DNA from: Anaeramoeba ignava BMAN
Taxonomy: Eukaryota; Protista; Anaeramoebae
Length of the DNA: 55,850 nucleotides
Reading direction: 5' to 3'
Assembly (NCBI GenBank): GCA_028826165.1
Contig: JAPDFW010000042.1
Location: 1-55,850, forward strand
Both the position numbers and the translations under genes were made by a program. Positions 12,181-20,819 of this stretch are shown one piece after another (position 1 is the first letter of the stretch; the number at the start of each line of letters is the position of its first letter). Under the pieces are notes generated by a model. The model was not told the origin of the DNA. It saw only the letters and a list, made by a program, of their open reading frames with translations, and did no database searches.

Positions 12181-13989
12181 ATGAATGAAATTATATTTTT
12201 TGGTTTAAATTATAATCCAAAACTTATTAAAAATGAACCAGATAAAATAACAAAACCAATTCAATTTAAATTTGAAAATGAAAATGAAAATGAAAAACAA
12301 ATTAAACAAATTTCAACAGGAAATTATTCAACAATTTTCCTTTTTAAAAATGGAAAAGCAATAGAATATTCAAAACAAAATCCTGTTAAAATCCAAATTG
12401 AAGAAAATATTCAAAAAGTAACTGTTGGTATTCAAAATGAAGCTATTTTAACAATAGAAGGAAATGTATTTGCAAAAGGAGAAGATATTAATCCAAAAAA
12501 TCCAAATGAATTTATTAATATTTTATCATTAATTAAAGATACAAATGATAGAATAATTAAAGATATTGTTTCTGGAGCTGTTTCAATTTACTTATTAACT
12601 TCAAATCAAAATGCTTATGGAATTGGTTCTAATTATTTTGGTCAACTTGGTTTTGATTATAAAACATTTAAAAAAGCAGAAAAACCAATTTTAATGATGA
12701 AAAATGTTTCTAAAATATTTTCAGGAAATAATTCATATTCTGTTTTTCTTTTAAATTCAAATCAAGAATTATTTGGATGCGGAAATAATGGATCTGGTCA
12801 ACTTGGATTAGGAGAATCAAGAAGAAAAGAAACAAAAATCCAAAAATTAACCAAAATCCAAAATATTCCAAAAGGTAAAATAATTGATATTAAATGTGGA
12901 TCTGTTCATTCAATAATGTTGATTGAAAATGAAATTGAAAATCAAAATCCAAAAAGAAAACTTTATTCATGTGGATATTCTGGATATAATGGACTTGGTA
13001 AAATATATGAAAATACTTATCAATTTACTGAAATCAAATCATCTTTATTTGAAAATAATAATATTGTTGATTTTTCTGTTGGATATGATCATACTTTGAT
13101 TTTAACATCCAATTCAAAACTAATAGTATTTGGAGATAATTATTATGGTCAATTAGGAATTGGAGATACAAATGATCAATCAATTCCAATTCAAATTGAA
13201 CTTCCTAAATTAATATTTAATGAAAATATTTCTAATTATCATATTTCTTGTGGATATTATAGATCATTTCTTTATTATTCTCCTTTTTCTTTTTCCAATC
13301 TTGAAGAAGATTTGATAAAATTATTTGAAAGAAAAGAATTTTGTGATATTTCATTTAAAACCAAAAATGGAGAAATAATTGAAGCTCATAAATTAATATT
13401 GAAATATAGATTAAATCAAAATCAAAATCAAAATGAAATTGAAAAACTTCAAGAAATTATTTCAAAAAAATCAATTAAAGAATCAAATCAAATATTTAAA
13501 ATGATTTATTCAAATAATTCCAAAATAAATCCAAAATTATATTCTGAAATTAAAGAAATTATAAATTCAAATGAAAAAATTGAAGAAACAATGAAAAGAA
13601 TTTATTTAAATGAAAATGAAAAAGATTTTATTATTGAAAGAAAAGAAAAACAATATAAATTTCCAAAATTAATATTAATAATGAGAAGTGAATTATATCG
13701 AGGAATGTTTTTATCTGTAACAAATGATAATTCTAATAAAGTTACAGATTATAGTGAATTAAGTAATAAATCATTTCAAATATTTGAATATTGGATTTAT
13801 TCAAATCAAATTAAAAAAGAAATTGAAATTACACAAGAAATAATTGATGAAATTAAAATTGGAATTGATTATTTTCAATTAAATCAAACAAATCCAAATT
13901 TATTTGATTTATTAATTAAAAAATTTAATAATCAAAATTGGAATCAAAATCAAAATCAAAAAAAGAAAGAAAAATGTTTAATTTTTTAA
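12181..13989 (+). CDS. RCC1 + BTB-BTB protein, copy 5, with CaaX
   Basis: Intact 602-aa ORF; ends KKKEKCLIF*. Confidence 0.92.
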   Translation: MNEIIFFGLNYNPKLIKNEPDKITKPIQFKFENENENEKQIKQISTGNYSTIFLFKNGKAIEYSKQNPVKIQIEENIQKVTVGIQNEAILTIEGNVFAKGEDINPKNPNEFINILSLIKDTNDRIIKDIVSGAVSIYLLTSNQNAYGIGSNYFGQLGFDYKTFKKAEKPILMMKNVSKIFSGNNSYSVFLLNSNQELFGCGNNGSGQLGLGESRRKETKIQKLTKIQNIPKGKIIDIKCGSVHSIMLIENEIENQNPKRKLYSCGYSGYNGLGKIYENTYQFTEIKSSLFENNNIVDFSVGYDHTLILTSNSKLIVFGDNYYGQLGIGDTNDQSIPIQIELPKLIFNENISNYHISCGYYRSFLYYSPFSFSNLEEDLIKLFERKEFCDISFKTKNGEIIEAHKLILKYRLNQNQNQNEIEKLQEIISKKSIKESNQIFKMIYSNNSKINPKLYSEIKEIINSNEKIEETMKRIYLNENEKDFIIERKEKQYKFPKLILIMRSELYRGMFLSVTNDNSNKVTDYSELSNKSFQIFEYWIYSNQIKKEIEITQEIIDEIKIGIDYFQLNQTNPNLFDLLIKKFNNQNWNQNQNQKKKEKCLIF

Positions 13990-14095
13990 AAAAGAAATAA
14001 TTATTGAAATCAAAATCAAAATTAAAATTAAAATCAAAATTAAAATTAAAATCATTTTTTCATTTTTCATTTTTCATTTTTTTTCTTTTTCAAAA

Positions 14096-15916
14096 ATGAA
14101 TGAAATTATATTTTTTGGTTTAAATTATAATCCAATTCTTATCAAAAATGAACCAAATAAAATAACAAAACCAATTCAATTTAAATTTGAAAATGAAAAT
14201 GAAAATGAAAAACAAATTAAACAAATTTCATCAGGCAAATTTTCAACAATTTTCCTTTTTGAAAATGGAAAAGCAATAGAATATTCAAGAGATTCAAAAC
14301 AAAATCCTTCAGAAATCCAAATTGAAGAAAATATTCAAAAAGTAACTGTTGGTGTTCAAAATGAAGCTATTTTAACAATAGAAAGAAATGTATTTGCCAA
14401 AGGAAAAAATATTAATCCAAAAAATCCAAATGAATTTATCAATATTTCATCATTAATTGAAGATACAAATGATAGAATAATTGAAGATATTGTTTCTGGA
14501 TCTCATTCAATTTATTTATTAACTTCAAATCAAAATGCTTATGGAATTGGTTCTAATTATTTTGGTCAACTTGGTTTTGATTATAAAACACTTGATGAAA
14601 CACATAAACCCATTTTAATGATGAAAAATGTTTCTAAAATATTTTCAGGAAATAATTCATATTCTTTTTTTCTTTTAAATTCAAATCAAGAATTATTTGG
14701 ATGCGGACATACTTATTATGGTCAAATTGGATTAGGAAAATCAATATCAGAAGAAAGAAAAATCCAAAAATTAACCAAAATACAAAATATTCCAAAAGGT
14801 AAAATAATTGATATTCAATCTGGATCTGCTCATTCAATAATGTTGATTGAAAATGAAAATGAAAATGAAAATGAAAATCCAAAAAGAAAACTTTATTCAT
14901 GTGGATATTCTAGATATAATGGACTTGGAAAAATATATGAAAATACTTATCAATTTACTGAAATCAAATCATCTTTATTTGAAAATGATAATATTCTTGA
15001 TTTTTCTGTTGGATATTTACATACTTTGATTTTAACAAAAAAAGGAAAATTAATTGCGTTTGGAGGTAATTATTATGGTCAATTAGGAATTGGAAATACA
15101 AAAGATCAAATAATTCCAATTCAAATTAAACTTCCTAAATTAAGATTTAATGAAAATATTTCTAATTATCATGTTTCTTGTGGATATAACAATTCATTTC
15201 TTTATTATTCTCATTCTTCTTTTTCCAATCTTGAAGAAGATTTGATAAAATTATTTAAAAGAAAAGAATTTTGTAATATTTCATTTAAAGCAGAAAATGG
15301 AGAAATAATTGAAGCTCATAAATTAATATTGAAATATAGATTAAATCAAAATCAAAATGAAATTGAAAAACTTCAAGAAATTATTTCAAAAAAATCAATT
15401 AAAGAATCAAATCAAATATTTGAAATGATTTATTCAAATAATTCCAATATAAATCCAAAATTATATTCTGAAATTAAAGAAATTATAAATTCCAATGAAA
15501 AAATTGAAGAAACAATGAAAAGAATTTATTTAAATGAAAATGAAAATGAAAAAGATTTTATTATTGAAAGAAAAGAAAAACAATATAAATTTCCCAAATT
15601 AATATTAATAATGAGAAGTGAATTATATCGAGGAATGTTTTTATCTGTAACTGAAGATACTTCTAATAAAGTTACAGATTATAGTGAATTAAGTAATAAA
15701 TCATTTCAAATATTAGAATATTGGATTTATTCAAATCAAATTAAAGAAGAAATTGAAATTACACAAGAAATAATTGATGAAATTAAAATTGGAATTGATT
15801 ATTTTCAATTAAATCAAACAAATCCAAATTTATTTGATTTATTAATTAACAAATTTAATAATCAAAATCAAAACAATAAGAAAGAAAAAATGTTTAATTT
15901 TTTAAAAAAGAAATAA
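14096..15916 (+). CDS. RCC1 + BTB-BTB protein, copy 6 (CaaX DNA present but out of frame by 1 nt)
   Basis: 606-aa ORF; tail DNA gaaaaaa-tgt-tta-att-ttt-taa. Confidence 0.9.
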   Translation: MNEIIFFGLNYNPILIKNEPNKITKPIQFKFENENENEKQIKQISSGKFSTIFLFENGKAIEYSRDSKQNPSEIQIEENIQKVTVGVQNEAILTIERNVFAKGKNINPKNPNEFINISSLIEDTNDRIIEDIVSGSHSIYLLTSNQNAYGIGSNYFGQLGFDYKTLDETHKPILMMKNVSKIFSGNNSYSFFLLNSNQELFGCGHTYYGQIGLGKSISEERKIQKLTKIQNIPKGKIIDIQSGSAHSIMLIENENENENENPKRKLYSCGYSRYNGLGKIYENTYQFTEIKSSLFENDNILDFSVGYLHTLILTKKGKLIAFGGNYYGQLGIGNTKDQIIPIQIKLPKLRFNENISNYHVSCGYNNSFLYYSHSSFSNLEEDLIKLFKRKEFCNISFKAENGEIIEAHKLILKYRLNQNQNEIEKLQEIISKKSIKESNQIFEMIYSNNSNINPKLYSEIKEIINSNEKIEETMKRIYLNENENEKDFIIERKEKQYKFPKLILIMRSELYRGMFLSVTEDTSNKVTDYSELSNKSFQILEYWIYSNQIKEEIEITQEIIDEIKIGIDYFQLNQTNPNLFDLLINKFNNQNQNNKKEKMFNFLKKK

Positions 15917-16309
15917 TTATTGAAATCAAAATCAAAATTCAAATTAAAATTAAAATTAAAATTAAAATTAAAATCAAAATTAAAATCTAAAATTAAAATC
16001 AAAATTAAAATTAAAATTCAAATTAAAATTAAAATTAAAATTAAAATTAAAATTAAAAATTAAAATTAAAATTTAATAATTAAAATTAAAATCAAAATTA
16101 AAATCAAAATTAAAATTAAAATTAAAATTAAAATTAAAATTAAAATTAAAATTAAAATTAAAATTAAAATTAAAAATTAAAATTAAAATTAAAATTAAAA
16201 TTAAAATTAAAATTAAAATTAAAATTAAAATCAAAATCAAAATTAAAATTAAAATTAAAATTAAAATTAAAAATCCTAAAATCATTTTTTCATTTTTTTC
16301 TTTTCAAAA

Positions 16310-18137
16310 ATGAATGAAATTATATTTTTTGGTGAGAATAATCTTGGTTTAGATTTTCAAAATAAACAAAAAAAAATAAAAAAACCAATTCAATTTAAAT
16401 TTGAAAATGAAAATGAAAATGAAAATGAAAAACAAATTAAACAAATTGAATCAAGTTTTTATTCAACAATTTTCCTTTTTAAAAATGGAAAAGCAATAGA
16501 ATATTCAAAAGATTCAAAACAAAATCCTTCAGAAATCCAAATTGAAGAAAATATTCAAAAAGTAACTGTTGGTTATTCAAATAAAGCTATTTTAACAATA
16601 GAAGGAAATGTATTTGCCAAAGGAACAGAGATCAATCCAGAAAAACCAAATGAATTTATCAATATTTCATCATTAATTGAAGATATAAATGATAGAATAA
16701 TTCAAGATATTGTTTCTGGCGGTTATTCAATTTACTTATTAACTTCAAATCAAAATGCTTATGGAATTGGTTCTAATTATTTTGGTCAACTTGGTTTTGA
16801 TTCTAAAGCACTTGATGAAACACATAAACCCATTTTAATGATGAAAAATGTTTATAAAATATTTTCAGGAAATACTTCATATTCTTTTTTTCTTTTAAAT
16901 TCAAATCAAGAATTATTTGGATGTGGTGATAATCAATATGGTCAAGTTGGATTAGGAGAATCAAGAAAAGAAGAAATAAAAATTCAAAAATTAACCAAAA
17001 TCCAAAATATTCCAAAAGGTAAAATAATTGATATTCAAACAGGAAATTATCATTCAATAATGTTAATTGAAAATAAATGAAAATGAAAACCAAAATCCAA
17101 AAAGAAAACTTTATTCATGTGGATCTTCTGGATATAATGGACTTGGCAAAATATATGAAAATACTTATGAATTTACTGAAATCAAATCATCTTTATTTGA
17201 AAATGATGATATTCTTAAAATTTCTGTTGGAAATACTCATACTTTGATTTTAACTTCTAATTCAAAATTGATTGGATTTGGAGGTAATTTATTTGGACAA
17301 TTAGGAACTGGAAATATAAATAATCAAATAATTCCAATTCAAATTGAATTTCCTAAATTAAGATTTAATGAAAATATTTCTAATTATCATATTTCTTGTG
17401 GATATTGGAACAATTCACTTCTTTATTATTCTCCTTTTTCTTTTTCCAATCTTGAAGAAGATTTGATAAAATTATTTGAAAGAAAAGAATTTTGTGATAT
17501 TTCATTTAAAACCAAAACTGGAGAAATAATTGAAGCTCATAAATTAATATTGAAATATAGATTAAATCAAAATGAAAATGAAATTGAAAAACTTAAAGAA
17601 ATTATTTCAAAAAAATCAATTAAAGAATCTAATCAAATATTTGAAATGATTTATTCAAATAATTCCAATATAAATCCAAAATTATATTCTGAAATTAAAG
17701 AAATTATAAATTCCAATGAAAAAATTGAAGAAACAATGAAAAGAATTTATTTAAATGAAGATGAAAATGAAAAAGATTTTATAATTGAAAGAAAAGAAAA
17801 ACAATATAAATTTCCAAAATTAATATTAATAATGAGAAGTGAATTATATCGAGGAATGTTTTTATCTGTAACAAATGATAATTCTAATAAAGTTACAGAT
17901 TATAGTGAATTAAATAATAAATCATTTCAAATATTAGAATATTGGATTTATTCAAATCAAATTAAAGAAGAAATTGAAATTACACAAGAAATAATTGATG
18001 AAATTAAAATTGGAATTGATTATTTTCAATTTAATGAAACAAATCCAAATTTATTTGATTTATTAATTAACAAATTTAATAATCAAAATCAAAACAATAA
18101 GAAAGAAAAAATGCTTAATTTTTTAAAAAAGAAATAA
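16310..18137 (+). CDS. RCC1 + BTB-BTB protein, copy 7; frameshift near 17073
   Basis: ORFs 16310..17080 and 17067..18137. The break is a 2-nt loss within the GAAAAT microsatellite. Nearly identical to copy 8 over the propeller. Confidence 0.85.
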
Positions 18138-18659
18138 TTATTGAAATCAAAATCAAAATTCAAATTAAAATTAATTTATAAAATTAAAATCAAAATCAAA
18201 ATTCAAATTAAAATTAAAATTAAAATTAAAATTTAAATTAAAATTAAAATTTAAAATTAAAATCAAAATTAAAATTAAAATTAAAATTAAAATTAAAATT
18301 AAAATTAAAATTAAAATTAAAATTAAAATTAAAAATCAAAATCAAAATTAAAATCAAAATTAAAATTAAAATTAAAATCAAAATCAAAATCAAAATCAAA
18401 ATTCAAATTAAAATTAAAATCAAAATTAAAATTAAAATTAAAATCAAAATTAAAATCAAAATTAAAATTAAAATTAAAATTAAAATTAAAATTAAAATTA
18501 AAATTTAATAATTAAAATTAAAATTTAATAATTAAAATTAAAATTAAAATTAAAATTAAAATTTAAAATTAAAATTAAAATTAAAATTAAAATTCAAATT
18601 AAAATTAAAATTAAAATTAAAATTCCAAAATTAATTTTTTCATTTTTTTCTTTTCAAAA

Positions 18660-20432
18660 ATGAATGAAATTATATTTTTTGGTGAGAATAATCTTGGTTT
18701 AGATTTTCAAAATAAACAAAAAAAAATAAAAAAACCAATTCAATTTAAATTTGAAAATGAAAATGAAAATGAAAAACAAATTAAACAAATTGAATCAAGT
18801 TTTTATTCAACAATTTTCCTTTTTAAAAATGGAAAAGCAATAGAATATTCAAGAGATTCAAAACAAAATCCTGTTAAAATTCAAATTGAAGAAAATATTC
18901 AAAAAGTAACTGTTGGTTATTCAAATGAAGCTATTTTAACAATAGAAGGAAATGTATTTGCCAAAGGAACAGAGATCAATCCAGAAAAATCAAATGAATT
19001 TATCAATATTTCATCATTAATTGAAGATATAAATGATAGAATAATTCAAGATATTGTTTCTGGCGGTTATTCAATTTATTTATTAACTTCAAATCAAAAT
19101 GCTTATGGAATTGGTTCTAATTATTTTGGTCAACTTGGTTTTGATTCTAAAGCACTTGATGAAACACATAAACCCATTTTAATGATGAAAAATGTTTCTA
19201 AAATATTTTCAGGAAATACTTCATATTCTTTTTTTCTTTTAAATTCAAATCAAGAATTATTTGGATGTGGTGATAATCAATATGGTCAAGTTGGATTAGG
19301 AGAATTAAGAAAAGAAGAAATAAAAATTCAAAAATTAACCAAAATCCAAAATATTCCAAAAGGTAAAATAATTGATATTCAAACAGGAAACTATCATTCA
19401 ATAATGATGATTGAAAATGAAAATGAAAATGAAAACCAAAATCCAAAAAGAAAACTTTATTCATGTGGATCTTCTGGATATAATGGACTTGGCAAAATAT
19501 ATGAAGATACTTATCAATTTACTGAAATCAAATCATCTTTATTTGAAAATGATGATATTCTTAAAATTTCTGTTGGAAATACTCATACTTTGATTTTAAC
19601 TTCTAATTCAAAATTTATTGTATTTGGAGGTAATTTATTTGGACAATTAGGAACTGGAGATACAAAAGATCAATTAATTCCAATTCAAATTGAATTTCCT
19701 AAATTAAGATTTAATGAAAATATTTCTAATTATCATATTTCTTGTGGATATTGGAACAATTCACTTCTTTATTATTCTCATTCTTCTTTTTCCAATCTTG
19801 AAGAGGATTTGATAAAACTATTTGAAAGAAAAGAATTTTGTGATATTTCATTTAAAACCAAAACTGGAGAAATAATCAAAGCTCATAAATTAATATTGAA
19901 ATATAGATTAAATGAAAATGAAAATGAAATTGAAAAACTTGAAGAAATTATTTCAACTAAATCAATTAAAGAATCAAATCAAATATTTGAAATGATTTAT
20001 TCAAATAATTCTAAAATAAATCCAAAATTATATTCTGAAATTAAAGAAATTATAAATTCAAATGAAAAAATTGAAGAAACAATGAAAAGAATTTATTTAG
20101 ATGAAAATGAAAAAGATTTTATAATTGAAAGAAAAGAAAAACAATATAAATTTCCTAAATTAATATTAATAATGAGAAGTGAATTATATCGAGGAATGTT
20201 TTTATCTGTTACAGAAGATAAATCTAATAAAGTTACAGATTATAGTGAATTAAGTAATAAATCATTTCAAATATTTGAATATTGGATTTATTCAAATCAA
20301 ATTAAAGATGAAATTCAAATTACACAAGAAATAATCGATGAAATTCAAATTGGAATTGATTATTTTCAATTAAATCAAACAAATCCAAATTTATTAGATT
20401 TATTAATTAACAAATTTAATAATCAAAATTAA
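18660..20432 (+). CDS. RCC1 + BTB-BTB protein, copy 8
   Basis: Intact 590-aa ORF; ends NNQN*. Confidence 0.92.
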   Translation: MNEIIFFGENNLGLDFQNKQKKIKKPIQFKFENENENEKQIKQIESSFYSTIFLFKNGKAIEYSRDSKQNPVKIQIEENIQKVTVGYSNEAILTIEGNVFAKGTEINPEKSNEFINISSLIEDINDRIIQDIVSGGYSIYLLTSNQNAYGIGSNYFGQLGFDSKALDETHKPILMMKNVSKIFSGNTSYSFFLLNSNQELFGCGDNQYGQVGLGELRKEEIKIQKLTKIQNIPKGKIIDIQTGNYHSIMMIENENENENQNPKRKLYSCGSSGYNGLGKIYEDTYQFTEIKSSLFENDDILKISVGNTHTLILTSNSKFIVFGGNLFGQLGTGDTKDQLIPIQIEFPKLRFNENISNYHISCGYWNNSLLYYSHSSFSNLEEDLIKLFERKEFCDISFKTKTGEIIKAHKLILKYRLNENENEIEKLEEIISTKSIKESNQIFEMIYSNNSKINPKLYSEIKEIINSNEKIEETMKRIYLDENEKDFIIERKEKQYKFPKLILIMRSELYRGMFLSVTEDKSNKVTDYSELSNKSFQIFEYWIYSNQIKDEIQITQEIIDEIQIGIDYFQLNQTNPNLLDLLINKFNNQN

Positions 20433-20819
20433 AATTAAAATTAAAATCAAAATTAAAATTAAAATCAAAAATAAAATTAAAATTAAAATTAAAATCAAAA
20501 TTAAAATTAAAATTAAAATTAAAATTAAAATTAAAATTAAAATTAAAATTAAAATCAAAATTAAAATTAAAATTAAAATTAAAATCAAAATTAAAATTAA
20601 AATTAAAATTAAAATTATTTTTTTCTTTTTTGCTTTTTTTTTTTGAGAGGCAAATACGGAATATAAAAAAAAAATATATGCGAAAAGAAATGATCATTTT
20701 TTCTTTTTTTTTCTTTTGAAAAAAAACATAAATATTAAAAAGAAACAACTTATTTTCTTACTCCTAATTCAATCTTTGTCAAAAAAAGGAACAAACAAAA
20801 AAAAAGCAAAAAAAGGAAA

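Noticed and set aside
2273-20432. Diversity-generating retroelement behind the variable loops
   Set aside because: There is no reverse transcriptase or template repeat in the window, and the changes are not adenine-restricted.
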